DNA from: a virus
Reading direction: 5' to 3' (one strand)
DNA: 64,000 nt
IMG/VR virus record: IMGVR_UViG_3300032288_005579
In this document: in pieces, positions 33,509 to 44,883 of the stretch
Position numbering within the stretch: position 1 is the stretch's first letter
Layout of the letters: every line of letters starts with the position of its first letter
Translations under genes and position numbers: made by a program
Notes under the pieces: model-generated
Told to the model about the DNA's origin: nothing
The model's input: only the letters and a program-made list of their open reading frames with translations
Database searches by the model: none

Positions 33509-36500
33509 TTATGCTATGTTTGTAGTGGTCTGGATCAAATTTTGGGACTTTAAAGATTTTATAATGTTTCCGGATCTTAATTTTAGATCCTCAGATATGT
33601 ATTCTGGGTATAATAATCCCTCTTCTTTTATCGTGGGATCAGTTGGATCAAAATCCAAAACTATATTTGTCTCGTCTGGCTCGTGTCGCCAGATTATAAA
33701 GTTAGAAGAACTAAAGTTAGCTTTTGTGGTTGAATCAACCCCGTTGGAAGATATGGGTCCGTATAGCAATCCAAGCGGTATGTTTCTGTTGAAAGTTAGT
33801 ACTATTCTAGATTCTGCCTCGTTATAGCTACCTGTGAATTCCACGGTTTTTATGCAAAACTCGTTTTTCCTATTCCAACCCTCTGTACCAATTGACCCAG
33901 TATCTCTAAAACTTACGAAATCTCCGGGTTTCAATAGAAAAGGTTTCACCACTCTTTCCAATCCTGATCCAGTAAAGTATAGATCAGAAGAAGAGCTATA
34001 TATCACAGAATAATTCTTGTATATGTCCTCTGTTCCGTACGTATCTGTCAATTTTATGACAGCGGTTTGAGAGGCTGTATTATAGAATAATCCTGATTGA
34101 CTAGTGAAAACACTTTCAACATAAAATACACTGTAATTGCCAACAATTTCATCAGGATAGTTTTTTATGTTAGATACAAACGCCAATCCTTGATCTAAAG
34201 CTGATATTATGGGATCTGGAATTATGGGAGCCGTATCATATACATACTTAATTGAAGATGAGACCAACGTAGGACCTCCAGGAGTGAAGTATACTATCGT
34301 GGTTTCAGTACTTAGTCCGTCCAATCTTGGTACATTTATAATTAAAGAAGCGCTGTACCCACCGGGGAAAGTTCCCCCAGGATCGTATGACGCTGTTACG
34401 CCTACTGACGCTTCTATGAAACCCTCTGGATAGTTTATGGAGCTTATCACATTATAGTCAAACAAACTATAGTTAGTCAATTTCCATTGGGGATCTTGAG
34501 CACTGAATGCTTGAGATGATCCACTAGGTACTACAAAGTCTATGGGTTTTACAAGATCAAATTGAGCGCGTGTCAAGCTACCAGACAGATTATGATATAC
34601 CGGTATGTATCTGTATCCCCCATCAAATATCTTTAGACTGGGATTGTTTACTAATTTTTGGGTATAGGGATTCCTTTCATCGTATTGAAATAACGCTATA
34701 TCGGTACTTTGTTGGCTTTTAAATATATTTTGAACTTCGAAGATATTAGAGTTTGTCTTAGTTAAATCTATGATGTTCTCATTAGCGTCTATGAGATATT
34801 TTATCTGAGCATTTGATCTTTCTGGAAAGAAGACTGATGCCGTAAATATATCTACTAGATATACGAAATAGTTTGTAAGTTTATCTATCGCAGCTGTTCT
34901 TCCGTAAGATTTGTCGCCGTTTGTGTAATCGTTGTATTGTCGACTCACGGTTTTTGTACCATAATATCTTAAATCTGTAAAAGCCCTAGATGTGTAATTT
35001 GTGTCTTGAACTTCTGCGTATGGGTAATTTGGATTGCAGTATATTGGAGCGTTTTCGTAATTTCTTGAAGCTGATGCTATGGCAATGTATGAGGCCGTGA
35101 TTATATTCAAATTCACGGGTTTCTTTTGTCCGCTAGTATAATCAAGATTTAAAAATCTTCTAGATCTAGCCGAAGCTGTAACGTTGTGTAAAAGACCCCC
35201 GTAATTAACGTATATAGAACTTGAATACTCTCCTACAGCCGTATAGTTGGAAGAAAGTTCTTTTTGTTCCATGTATCCGTTTTCATCTACCGCCGAAATA
35301 CGAGATCCGCTGAATTCTCCGTTATAGAATTCCACTGATTGGGTAGAAATATAGTGTACGGATCCAGTAGGAGTTTTAAACTTATTAGCGATCCAAGATG
35401 AAGACATATGAGTATCGCTAGAATTTCCTCCTGATATCTTTACTAGAATGGATTTTGCAGATTTTAGATCTACGCTTAGACTAGGTTCATTTCTTGCGTA
35501 TTTGTTTCTCTCTAATACGTGACTCTTTATAACAATTCCGGATTGTACGTTTGCTCGAGCGGGAACAAAGTCTTTTATCGTCTTGAATAAAGAGTTGTTG
35601 TAGTATTTGATGAGTCTCATGTACTCCCAAACACTATGAGGATAATTATAAGAAGAGGAAAAATAAGTGTTTCTGTAGCTTTCTAAGTCTGGATAGTTAT
35701 CCAAGTATTGGTAATTTGGGTTACCTATGAGTTGATCTATGTCAACAAAGAGAGACGAAGATTGCAGATTTTTATTTATTGTGTTCGCTGGCGAGAAACC
35801 TACTTCTATGTCGTAAGATCCTCTTCTAAAGGAATCAAAATTGTTCTTTTGTATAGTCGTGTAAGGAGACAATACAGATTGCGATAACTCGTTAGCGTTG
35901 TTGTAGATAAGAACTTTGCTGTTGTTTATCTCAGAAAGTCCAGTTTGTCTATATCTAGGATACGCACCAAATTCTGAAGGTTCTAATATAGTGTCAGGTA
36001 TTCCGTAACATGCTATAAGTGCTCGTAAAGCGCGCTGAGATCCTTTAGATTTGTACAGCAGCGGTAAGTTGTGATATATCCTTTTATAGAGTTCTTTTTG
36101 TATATCGTTCGCAGACAGCGTATCTATACTTGACGTAACATAACCTCTATTTCCTAAAGCGTTTATCTCTATGAGTTCTGATCCGGTGGGAGGAAGGAGA
36201 CTTCCGTCTGGATTCATTCCAAATAGAGAGTAGTATAGATTATTAGATAGATTGGTGTTAGTATGAAGTTTGAAACCCAATCCCTTTAAAGCATTTCCAA
36301 CGAGATCCATTGATATACCGCTCTTTGGATTATTGGTTGCATCGAACCTATTTGTTACGTCTTTATAATAGAGCCAAATGTTATCGAAGTGTTGTCCTAA
36401 CATGTACATAAAAGATACCATTGGAGCGTTATTGGGATCTTCTATTAGATATTGCGGAGCCGTATTAGTAATTATATCGTTGTTATTCGAATCGTATAAA

Positions 36501-37753
36501 GACGCAGAAAATAACATCGATACAGCAAGAGGATTAGACGGGTTAGGTAGCGTATCGTCATCACCTAGCCAAGCAATGGCTTGAGAAGAAGTCGTTGCAA
36601 AAAGTTTATAGGGCTTTGTGCTAGTAGATTTAGGCCAAGCAAAGGATTCGGACTCGTAATATAGATAGTATTCGTAAGTATCGAATTTTTTTACTATGTT
36701 GTCTATTTTATCTTTAGCAGATTGAATCGATTGGCTTATGTAAGATACTGTTAAAGATTGATTAGAGTTTATCGTTTGGCTAGATGATATTTCGTTTTCA
36801 TATTGCTCTATTAGCTGTAATTTGTACACAAAGTTTTCCAATCTCTCTGTTGCACTTGAGAAGTGCACGAAGTTAGAAAAATCTGTGTAATCAACATTTA
36901 TAGCTACTGCTTTATCGTCATAGTAACTAGATAGTTGCTGTATCGATGAAGATACTTCACTAGAAAATAAGCTAGAATAGTTGTAGTATCCCGTAGTTTG
37001 TCCTATTTGATTACTAATCTCTACGTTAAAGTTGGGTCCTCTAAGTAGATTTTCGCTTACCGGAGCTACCTCGGCCTCTACGTCAATGTTAACGTTAAAT
37101 AAGACCGATTCAGCCAATTTTTCTACTATCCATAGAACGTCTTTTTGTTTGAATTCTACAGGTAGAGGTTCGTATAATTTTATTAGTAGATAAGTCTCTT
37201 GATTATCGTTTAATTGTTCTACAGCTGCGTTTGTGCAAAGTACGAGTTTATTTAAACCGAAGTTTAAGTAAAAATCAGATTGGTAATTTCTGTTTTGTGC
37301 ATTAGCATCAAACAACTGAAATTCTGAGAGTATTGTATTGTCAGATATGTCTTGGCTGGAGAGCCTTAATTCCGTTCTTGATTTTGATATGTCTTTAATC
37401 CAATACTTTGATCCTATCGCTGCGGATCCGAATAGATTTTTTATGAAATTATATTGTATTCTTAAACTTCCGCGATTGTATCCTAAAGATTCTAGATCTC
37501 TTTTTGGATTTACGGATATCGAAGAGTACGTTAAACCGTTTTGAGGAGCACCTACGGGTGTGTAAGTTCTACAATTATATTCGTAATCTAATAGAGTGTC
37601 TGAGTTATCATATATGCCAAACTCCACTACATCTCCTCCCAAAGAAGAAAATTTGCTGTCTATGAAATTTGAAACAATTAGATTTTCGTCCCGTTCTTTG
37701 TAGGATTGGTAATCTATAGTTGAATTGTCGACGAATATCCTTACTATTTCCAT
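33509..37753 (-). CDS. Large virion structural protein (baseplate/tail region)
   Basis: 1414 aa in baseplate operon; MLGQHFDNIWLY..YKRIYHNLPLLYKSKG..LRALIACYGIP resembles baseplate wedge gp7-like segments. Confidence 0.55.
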   Translation of the reverse strand: MEIVRIFVDNSTIDYQSYKERDENLIVSNFIDSKFSSLGGDVVEFGIYDNSDTLLDYEYNCRTYTPVGAPQNGLTYSSISVNPKRDLESLGYNRGSLRIQYNFIKNLFGSAAIGSKYWIKDISKSRTELRLSSQDISDNTILSEFQLFDANAQNRNYQSDFYLNFGLNKLVLCTNAAVEQLNDNQETYLLIKLYEPLPVEFKQKDVLWIVEKLAESVLFNVNIDVEAEVAPVSENLLRGPNFNVEISNQIGQTTGYYNYSSLFSSEVSSSIQQLSSYYDDKAVAINVDYTDFSNFVHFSSATERLENFVYKLQLIEQYENEISSSQTINSNQSLTVSYISQSIQSAKDKIDNIVKKFDTYEYYLYYESESFAWPKSTSTKPYKLFATTSSQAIAWLGDDDTLPNPSNPLAVSMLFSASLYDSNNNDIITNTAPQYLIEDPNNAPMVSFMYMLGQHFDNIWLYYKDVTNRFDATNNPKSGISMDLVGNALKGLGFKLHTNTNLSNNLYYSLFGMNPDGSLLPPTGSELIEINALGNRGYVTSSIDTLSANDIQKELYKRIYHNLPLLYKSKGSQRALRALIACYGIPDTILEPSEFGAYPRYRQTGLSEINNSKVLIYNNANELSQSVLSPYTTIQKNNFDSFRRGSYDIEVGFSPANTINKNLQSSSLFVDIDQLIGNPNYQYLDNYPDLESYRNTYFSSSYNYPHSVWEYMRLIKYYNNSLFKTIKDFVPARANVQSGIVIKSHVLERNKYARNEPSLSVDLKSAKSILVKISGGNSSDTHMSSSWIANKFKTPTGSVHYISTQSVEFYNGEFSGSRISAVDENGYMEQKELSSNYTAVGEYSSSIYVNYGGLLHNVTASARSRRFLNLDYTSGQKKPVNLNIITASYIAIASASRNYENAPIYCNPNYPYAEVQDTNYTSRAFTDLRYYGTKTVSRQYNDYTNGDKSYGRTAAIDKLTNYFVYLVDIFTASVFFPERSNAQIKYLIDANENIIDLTKTNSNIFEVQNIFKSQQSTDIALFQYDERNPYTQKLVNNPSLKIFDGGYRYIPVYHNLSGSLTRAQFDLVKPIDFVVPSGSSQAFSAQDPQWKLTNYSLFDYNVISSINYPEGFIEASVGVTASYDPGGTFPGGYSASLIINVPRLDGLSTETTIVYFTPGGPTLVSSSIKYVYDTAPIIPDPIISALDQGLAFVSNIKNYPDEIVGNYSVFYVESVFTSQSGLFYNTASQTAVIKLTDTYGTEDIYKNYSVIYSSSSDLYFTGSGLERVVKPFLLKPGDFVSFRDTGSIGTEGWNRKNEFCIKTVEFTGSYNEAESRIVLTFNRNIPLGLLYGPISSNGVDSTTKANFSSSNFIIWRHEPDETNIVLDFDPTDPTIKEEGLLYPEYISEDLKLRSGNIIKSLKSQNLIQTTTNIA

Positions 37754-38103
37754 TAGAACGTTATTTTATTTAGTGTGGAGAATGTTTGTCCAAGGTCTAA
37801 AAGTTGTTGTTTAAGACTGTTGATTTCCTCTATGAGAGCCTGTTTTTCTGGATCATTTATAGATCCTCCAACAAATTCTTGACTTCTTTGTATCAAGTAT
37901 TGATGGGAATTTATTTCTCCGGAAGGAGGTATATCGAAAAATAATGTATCGTAATACTCAAAGAACTCTTCCACCGTTGGAGTCGTGTCAGCGGTTTCTG
38001 GTGGTGTTTCAGCTACCAATTCAGTAAACCTAGTATCAATTACTTTATTGTAGGTGGCTACTCCCCTAGTCTTCTTCAGCAATCGAATGTCTTTGTTATC
38101 CAT
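37753..38103 (-). CDS. Hypothetical structural-region protein
   Basis: 116 aa, coupled stop/start. Confidence 0.7.
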   Translation of the reverse strand: MDNKDIRLLKKTRGVATYNKVIDTRFTELVAETPPETADTTPTVEEFFEYYDTLFFDIPPSGEINSHQYLIQRSQEFVGGSINDPEKQALIEEINSLKQQLLDLGQTFSTLNKITF

Positions 38104-39203
38104 TAGTTAGATACTTTAAAGATTAGATTTTCATCAAAAGCAACTGTTTCCCCCGAACTAAACGTACTTCTAATTAAGACTTTGTAATATCTCTCTGGTT
38201 CTAAGCCACTAAAGTGTACGTTAAAATAGCTGCTAGTTCCATCACAACTTATTTTTGTGTAGCTTTCATCAAAATCTACAACAACTTCGTTTGTTTTAGA
38301 GTCGACTATACACCAGTAAGACTCTTCGGGAAGTCTTTTATTTGTCGTATATAGCGAAGAAGTAGTGAATACTCTAGCCGGATAAGTATCTCTACAGTTT
38401 ATTTTAAACTTGTATTGTTTGGTTTTAGCGCTAAATTTGTAAGAGTTGTTTGCCAAGCTAACTATTGAAGCTGCGGTTTGTGCCTCCTGTAAATTTCCAG
38501 ATACATATTGACTATCATCCCAACGTATTTCTAGTGTAGGAGGATAAATAGTGTGAGTATCTGTACTATAATAATTCAAAGCTATATAACTGCTTTGATT
38601 GTTTTCTATTACTGTTGGATGCTTTATTAAAAATCCATTGTTTGGTTGTGCATTGTTAAACCAAGACGTGACTATATCTGTTACATCGACATGGATGTCT
38701 TTGTTTGATTGATAATCGAAAGACTGTGTTGTGTATGTACCCGTCCATGATCCTCCGCCCGAAGTTAAATAGTAGGATGGATTAGCCCAGTTTGTGGTAT
38801 CGGAATACCAGGATTGCGTATTGTACCAGTTAACACCGTTCTTTGTTTCAGGAGAATCGTTAAATTTTCCGGTTCCCATTGCCCAAGACTGATCCACTTG
38901 TCTGATCTCAACGTCGTAATCTGTGTTCAGATTTTCGGCGTTAGCTACGTATAGGTTTAAATACGTTTTCCAGGATCCCGTTCTAAAGGTTTTTAATGTT
39001 TCTAGATCAGAGTCAGAGAATTTTACCAGCGTTCTACGGATATCGTCTATAGATATGGTGTCCACTGAAGGAGTTAGAGTGGCTCCTATGTTTTCAGAAT
39101 TTTTTACAGAGACTTCAAGAATCTCGTCCAATCCAGTGTTTTGTCTTGGAAATTTTGAATAGAGAGTTGAGTCCGCCTCCGCAAATATCTTGTATACTGC
39201 CAT
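38103..39203 (-). CDS. DNRLRE-like domain structural protein
   Basis: ADSTLYSK..NTGLDEILEV..RTLVKF..DVTDIV..NNGFLIK..PTLEIRW. Confidence 0.55.
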   Translation of the reverse strand: MAVYKIFAEADSTLYSKFPRQNTGLDEILEVSVKNSENIGATLTPSVDTISIDDIRRTLVKFSDSDLETLKTFRTGSWKTYLNLYVANAENLNTDYDVEIRQVDQSWAMGTGKFNDSPETKNGVNWYNTQSWYSDTTNWANPSYYLTSGGGSWTGTYTTQSFDYQSNKDIHVDVTDIVTSWFNNAQPNNGFLIKHPTVIENNQSSYIALNYYSTDTHTIYPPTLEIRWDDSQYVSGNLQEAQTAASIVSLANNSYKFSAKTKQYKFKINCRDTYPARVFTTSSLYTTNKRLPEESYWCIVDSKTNEVVVDFDESYTKISCDGTSSYFNVHFSGLEPERYYKVLIRSTFSSGETVAFDENLIFKVSN

Positions 39204-39214
39204 TTTTTTATCTT

Positions 39215-41071
39215 TTACAGTGTTACTATTCTACCGTTTATGTCCGTGTTTGGATACCTCAATTCGAATATAGAGGGATCCAGTGACGGATATACAACTC
39301 CATTTATAGTGGCACCAACTATATCGTAAGCGTATTTAGAATAGCCACTAGATTCTCCCGATTTGTTTACTATCTCAACTCTTTTTACCGTCTGTACTCC
39401 GTCTTGGGTATCCAACAAAGAGTACACATTCGAAAGTATTATAGGTTGATTCATTTCCCAATTATTGATGTTGAAATGATTCTTTAACGCTAATATGCAC
39501 TTAGATATAACGTCTTGAGAATTGTAACCGGGTCTCATAATGATATCAAAATTGCATCCGATGTTTATTATGTATCCGCTCTTTAATAGTAAACTATCTG
39601 TCATCATTCTGTAATCTGAAAGATAAGTTTGTAAATTAGTTAACAGAGACACACTGGGTGCTTCTAAATTTCCGTTAGAGTTTAGGGATAATACATACAT
39701 GCTCATATTAGATGGGTCTTTGTTTATCATGGTTCCCACATTGTAATTTGAGAACACAGAATCATCTTTAGACATGTATACTTTTGCCACTTTTCCGTAT
39801 TTTCCAGGCATTTCTAGCGCGCGTTCCATATAATCTTGCTGGGTAACTGCTCTCATTTGCGCGCTAAACGCGTTTCTTATGTTGATCCGCATCTCTTCGA
39901 CCGTATCCCCATCACCTCCTCCAGAGGCCGGGTCCTCGTTGCCAACCGCTAATGTATTTGAATACGCATTTCCAGGTCCGTTTAAACTATAGCTGCCAAT
40001 TACGGATAACTCTCCCGATTTTGCATTTGAAGCTGCTCCTCCTCCCACTAGATAAGTGACAGTTAAGGTTGTATTGTAAGGAGCTAAACCATATGTAGAG
40101 GTTGTTAAAAAGTTAGTTGGATCAAAAGCCGTATTGATAGTTGTTGATCCAGAGGTCAAACCCACTCCTACTGTCGATGGGTTGGGTAGTATTAAATCGT
40201 CTATAACAGAATTTACACCCGCTCCGAACTCCATTACTAAAGTTTCTTTACTGGTAAATCTAGTTGTAAATCGCCTATCCACTTTTACCTTTTGCATTAT
40301 ATATGGAACCTGATTGGCGTCTTGATACAGATCTGGATAGTTGACGGCCATGTTTCTTACTGGATTGTATATATAATCTTGAGCCAGATTCGGAACTTCG
40401 TACCATACGTTATTCGAAGAATCAGTCACGTTTACTATTGATACAATGTCTGAATCGGATATCGTTAAAGTCGTGAATCTTTGAGCTGATCCTAAAACAA
40501 AACTCTGAGTTTTTATTTCTCCTGATACCGCGGTTACTTCTTTTTTTAACAGATAGCTCTGTGGAGTTCCTGCTCCATTTATTTCGTATACTGATACTTC
40601 GGTTGGATCTAACGATGATGATAATGAAAAATCTATTTTATTAGGAATGTAGTAACTCACTGATCCGTTAGCGCCTGATTTTACTGTCATACCTGGTTTT
40701 ATTACCATACAGTAAGTAAAATCAGGATACTTTTGTCCGCCGAAAGTGATAGCGGGAATAACTTGGTAAACTTGAAGTTTTGCTACTGCGGCAGAGGTGA
40801 CCTTTGGGGTATATCCCATCATGTACGCAAGAGCATATAGATTATTCTTTTGCTTGGCGTATTGTACGAAAGTCTCTTGTATCTGGTTATCTAGGTAGAA
40901 CGAGAGCACATCACCAACGTAAGATGCCATGTCTATAAACATAGTACCGGGTGACGCTTGCGAAAAGTCCGTGTATACAGTTGGAAAATAGGCTTTAGCG
41001 TACTCTATTAAATCAGCTTTAAAAGTGCTAAAATCTTTGTTTAAATACTTTATGTCTATGTTGTTTTCCAT
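39215..41071 (-). CDS. Baseplate wedge subunit (T4 gp6 / baseplate J-like)
   Basis: KDFSTFKADLIEYAK..DFSQASPG.MFIDMASYVGDVLSFYLD; RAVTQQDY. Confidence 0.88.
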   Translation of the reverse strand: MENNIDIKYLNKDFSTFKADLIEYAKAYFPTVYTDFSQASPGTMFIDMASYVGDVLSFYLDNQIQETFVQYAKQKNNLYALAYMMGYTPKVTSAAVAKLQVYQVIPAITFGGQKYPDFTYCMVIKPGMTVKSGANGSVSYYIPNKIDFSLSSSLDPTEVSVYEINGAGTPQSYLLKKEVTAVSGEIKTQSFVLGSAQRFTTLTISDSDIVSIVNVTDSSNNVWYEVPNLAQDYIYNPVRNMAVNYPDLYQDANQVPYIMQKVKVDRRFTTRFTSKETLVMEFGAGVNSVIDDLILPNPSTVGVGLTSGSTTINTAFDPTNFLTTSTYGLAPYNTTLTVTYLVGGGAASNAKSGELSVIGSYSLNGPGNAYSNTLAVGNEDPASGGGDGDTVEEMRINIRNAFSAQMRAVTQQDYMERALEMPGKYGKVAKVYMSKDDSVFSNYNVGTMINKDPSNMSMYVLSLNSNGNLEAPSVSLLTNLQTYLSDYRMMTDSLLLKSGYIINIGCNFDIIMRPGYNSQDVISKCILALKNHFNINNWEMNQPIILSNVYSLLDTQDGVQTVKRVEIVNKSGESSGYSKYAYDIVGATINGVVYPSLDPSIFELRYPNTDINGRIVTL

Positions 41072-41072
41072 G

Positions 41073-41486
41073 TTAACGGTTTTCTATGCCTACGACTAAA
41101 TCGTCTGTTTCGTTAGAGTTTAATAACCTATATGCCAAATTTAAAGTTATGATATTTGAGTCTTCTTGGGGAGTTATATAGCACTCGATGACTTGAACTA
41201 TAGGAAATCTGTCGTCTATTTGAGCAGCTATTTGTTGTTCAAGATTTGAAAGATTATCCGGGCTTATGTTTTCAAATAATTGGGCTCGTAAATTAGCTCC
41301 AAAATTGGGATAAAACACTCTTTCCCTGTTATTGGTTAAGAGAAAGTTAATTATGTTATATCTTATTTGATCTTTTGTGGTATAAACGCTAGTGAAAGCA
41401 CTTGGATAAGAGAAGGGTATCTTCACTCCCAAAGCTACAGACCTTTTTAGGTCTACGGGTGCGATTCTTTTTGCGTTATATGCCAT
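41073..41486 (-). CDS. Baseplate wedge subunit (T4 gp25 / GPW-like)
   Basis: QIRYNIINFLLTNNRERVFYPNFGANLRAQLFE. Confidence 0.88.
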   Translation of the reverse strand: MAYNAKRIAPVDLKRSVALGVKIPFSYPSAFTSVYTTKDQIRYNIINFLLTNNRERVFYPNFGANLRAQLFENISPDNLSNLEQQIAAQIDDRFPIVQVIECYITPQEDSNIITLNLAYRLLNSNETDDLVVGIENR

Positions 41487-41496
41487 TTCACGGGTA

Positions 41497-41913
41497 TTAC
41501 TTGTTCATTAACTTTTTCATAATACCTGAGAAGTCCGGAACGTTTTCTATCTCCACCATTTCTAAATTACTGCTTTTTCTAGCTGTTCCTATCATGTCAC
41601 TAACAGAAGACACAACAGAAGGCTCCCTGGTCTCACCCATGTCTTCTGGAGTCATATTTTGTGCGGTCTCGTTCAGTAACATAGATAACGGATTATTACC
41701 GCTGAATTGCACGGGTGCAGCCCGGCGAGGTTCGTTTAGGGTTAGAGGAATTCCTCCAGTAACGCTCTTTTTAACCTGTTCCCGAATCTTATTTTTATAA
41801 TCGGGGTCTTTTTCGACGTGTTTATTTTCAGAAAGTAGTCTAGGCAGCTCTTCTCTTATGGCTGACCTGATCTCCTCTCTGATTAATTTTCTAAGTGCGT
41901 CTAATTTACTCAT
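41497..41913 (-). CDS. Hypothetical protein
   Basis: LRKLIREEIRSAIREE N-terminus; ATATTTAT box at 41918-41925 (minus). Confidence 0.7.
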   Translation of the reverse strand: MSKLDALRKLIREEIRSAIREELPRLLSENKHVEKDPDYKNKIREQVKKSVTGGIPLTLNEPRRAAPVQFSGNNPLSMLLNETAQNMTPEDMGETREPSVVSSVSDMIGTARKSSNLEMVEIENVPDFSGIMKKLMNK

Positions 41914-41941
41914 ATTGATAAATATGGCTTTTAGTTTTTTA

Positions 41942-44440
41942 TTATCCAGGATTAATTATGTAGGTGTAGTTCTTTTCTTGATTTGGATCGTACTTGTCTA
42001 TCAATTTTTGTTTTGCTAGTTCGGCATCATCAGCTCTTAATTGTATGCTAGCCACTGATTGACCTGAAGAATTTTTAACTATTCCAAAGTAAGAGTTATC
42101 TCCCCTGGTTAAGTCCACGTTGGGGTTTTGAGTTTGTTTGTTGAAGGAATCGTTGACTTTAGTATCCGGAATTTGTTTTTTAGATTCTATTGGAGTCTGT
42201 TGTTTAGCTTTATCTGTGTCTTTCTTAAACGCACTCAATATTTTCTCCATCATTTTCCTCATTCTATTTCTTAATTTTCTTCCCCCTTTTAACTTATTCA
42301 CAAAAGCGTTTAATCCAAGACCCTTATCTTCGTCCTCATTGTCAGGAGGATCCATTGAATATTGGTCTAAATCAGGATCGATGTCTCCTAGAAATTCTGT
42401 ATCAAATAAACCGTCGTCTTCTGTATATCCTACGTCTTTCGGAGAAAATCCTTCGGCGACTTCTTCATCCTCGGCGCTTTGCGTTCTAGTTGGCTGAGTT
42501 CCGTTTTCCGGGACCGACCTATTGTTGCTTAAGTTGGGGAAATTATCCCAGTTTAAGGTATTATCAAACAGGTAGTTTTCTACTGTTTGAATCAATGCTT
42601 TTTCGTCGTTAGTATAAAGAGAAGAGTAGTGTTGGACTAGGTTTTTAGACAGTAACAATTGCTTTACTTCCTCTATTATAATTTGACTATCTGATGCGTA
42701 CGTTGGTGGCGTTTGAACTACGACTATGCCTTTATTGTCAAGCGCCACCCCGTATCTTCTTCTTAAATTGAACGTGGGTTCTACTACTTCTTCGTTTACT
42801 ATCTTTATGTCATACTGCCCCAATTTACCGCTTGGATCATTTACTCCACTAGCGTCTATTCCGTTTCTTGTATCTTTAGGCAATCCGCTTCTTATGAAGG
42901 GATTAACTCCCCAATAATCAGATAGACCGTTATCATCCATGTTTGGGGGATCGTTTAACACGTCGTCCACTGAACGGGAGTTGGGATCATATATTCCGTC
43001 TTTTGCATCATTGAGTTCCTTATTTTTAGAGAACAGATACATCATGTCAGCATACTTTTGCATACCGTCTCTTGCCCCTATTAGGTCATCGAGTACGTCT
43101 TTATCCATATTAGGACAATTACTCAATTGTATGATTATAAGGTTGATATTTTTTATGATCTCGTTTATTGGTGCAAGTACACTATTAATTAGAATTCTTA
43201 TTAATTCGCATAAAAATAAGGCCTGTCCTAATCTATTAAATAGAGTATTTGGCTTCTCCGGCTTACCTATAACCTCTTTGTCCAGCGTTGTTGCAGTATC
43301 AGATATAGTTGTAGTTATGCCAGTAGTTGTATATATGTTTGGAATAGGTAATTTTTTTAGTAGTTTAGCAATAAACTTTATAACAATGATTATTACCATC
43401 ACTATTTTTATAACCATTTGTAAAACCTGTATAATGTTTAATAACGTTTGACATATGGATTGTATTTTTCTACATACAGAGATTATTTTTTTTAGAAACG
43501 GTATAGCTCGCTCTGGTTTTATTATGGATTGAACTTTTTCAGAAATGTTAGCCAAACTAGGGCCAGCTAATGTTAATCCAACGCCGGTTAAAAACGCCAA
43601 TGGAGAGGAAAGTGACTGTATTGATATGAGTAATTTTCTTATGTTCTGTATTCGTAACATAAACTTTTGAAAATCTTTATCGGGTATTTGCCTCCAATCA
43701 GAGTATCCGTCTATTGCTGAAAAGACTCCGTTTAAGTATAAGTTCGCTCTTTGTAACATTGGAAAAGCGGTTATCAGAGTTTTTATCTCCGATGTTGCAT
43801 CTCCCAAACCGTTTCCCCCTAAACTTTGATACGCCGCAAATCCCCTGGTTTGTGTAGCAGAATTTATAAGATTATCCAATCCAGATTTACTTTCATTCGG
43901 ATCGTTTGATTCCAAGAACCTCTCATTTATGATGGTGTTTATGTCAGTAGTTAAACCCTTTTTCAATTTACGCATCAATTTGAATAGAGCGTTCTTAGAT
44001 TCGGGGTTTTGCACGTCCAAATATTGAGACATGAACTTATCTATCTCAGTTTGAGAATCGTAAGATACTTTTTGTAGTTTCCAAAGCGATCTTTTTATGC
44101 CAGGAGCATCATCTCCCGGTGGTTTATCTGGATCGAAATTATCGTTGGCGCTGCCTCGAGGAACTTTTGAAATGCCGTACCCTACGATATCACAATAATT
44201 GATAGACGCTATTAATCTAACTATTGGAATTATGCCTAGTTTTAATGGATCTTTTGGACGAAGTATTCCGTTTTTGAAATTATTTACTTCATCGGGTTTT
44301 CCATAAAATATTATTTCGAATGTATTTCCTAGCTTTACTACACCTATAGAGGATTTACACATCAATTTCTCTAATCCCTTACTCTCTTTACAATTAGGAA
44401 AAGCCAGTTGTATGTTTACGTTTAAATCTTTGAATGACAT
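41942..44440 (-). CDS. Large hypothetical baseplate-region protein
   Basis: 832 aa between gp5-like and gp25-like genes. Confidence 0.65.
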   Translation of the reverse strand: MSFKDLNVNIQLAFPNCKESKGLEKLMCKSSIGVVKLGNTFEIIFYGKPDEVNNFKNGILRPKDPLKLGIIPIVRLIASINYCDIVGYGISKVPRGSANDNFDPDKPPGDDAPGIKRSLWKLQKVSYDSQTEIDKFMSQYLDVQNPESKNALFKLMRKLKKGLTTDINTIINERFLESNDPNESKSGLDNLINSATQTRGFAAYQSLGGNGLGDATSEIKTLITAFPMLQRANLYLNGVFSAIDGYSDWRQIPDKDFQKFMLRIQNIRKLLISIQSLSSPLAFLTGVGLTLAGPSLANISEKVQSIIKPERAIPFLKKIISVCRKIQSICQTLLNIIQVLQMVIKIVMVIIIVIKFIAKLLKKLPIPNIYTTTGITTTISDTATTLDKEVIGKPEKPNTLFNRLGQALFLCELIRILINSVLAPINEIIKNINLIIIQLSNCPNMDKDVLDDLIGARDGMQKYADMMYLFSKNKELNDAKDGIYDPNSRSVDDVLNDPPNMDDNGLSDYWGVNPFIRSGLPKDTRNGIDASGVNDPSGKLGQYDIKIVNEEVVEPTFNLRRRYGVALDNKGIVVVQTPPTYASDSQIIIEEVKQLLLSKNLVQHYSSLYTNDEKALIQTVENYLFDNTLNWDNFPNLSNNRSVPENGTQPTRTQSAEDEEVAEGFSPKDVGYTEDDGLFDTEFLGDIDPDLDQYSMDPPDNEDEDKGLGLNAFVNKLKGGRKLRNRMRKMMEKILSAFKKDTDKAKQQTPIESKKQIPDTKVNDSFNKQTQNPNVDLTRGDNSYFGIVKNSSGQSVASIQLRADDAELAKQKLIDKYDPNQEKNYTYIINPG

Positions 44441-44441
44441 T

Positions 44442-44867
44442 TTATTTTACAAATGTTGTTTTAGATAGTGTGCTGTTCAAAGTTGATTTTAAAGCAGCTA
44501 CTGAGCTATTCATTTTTTCAAAAGCGGCTTTATATGCTGCGTCATTCCCAGGTCCAGCGGCTTGAGCAAACACAGTGGCTGTATACATTGTATCGCAAAA
44601 TTTTTGAATTGCGTCAACCATTGTTTTACCCAATATAACTGGTTCGTTCTCACTTTCTGCTCCGTTTCCTAAGTATATTTTTTTAGAGAAAACTGCAGTG
44701 TATATGTCTGCGTCTAGATTTATAGTGCCCTTTGAGGATAATCCAACAGACTCTTTTCCAAAAATAAACGAAGAATCATTTTTAGAGTATAAAGAAACCC
44801 TATCGGACACTACCATTGTTTGGCTTCCGCTATATGGAAATTGTGGTCTATAATCGGATAGTGGCAT
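44442..44867 (-). CDS. Baseplate hub/spike-associated protein (gp5 C-terminal-like)
   Basis: QTMVVSDRVSLYSK..SVGLSS..IYLG...EPVILGK. Confidence 0.55.
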   Translation of the reverse strand: MPLSDYRPQFPYSGSQTMVVSDRVSLYSKNDSSFIFGKESVGLSSKGTINLDADIYTAVFSKKIYLGNGAESENEPVILGKTMVDAIQKFCDTMYTATVFAQAAGPGNDAAYKAAFEKMNSSVAALKSTLNSTLSKTTFVK

Positions 44868-44883
44868 ACGAAATTACTTTAGA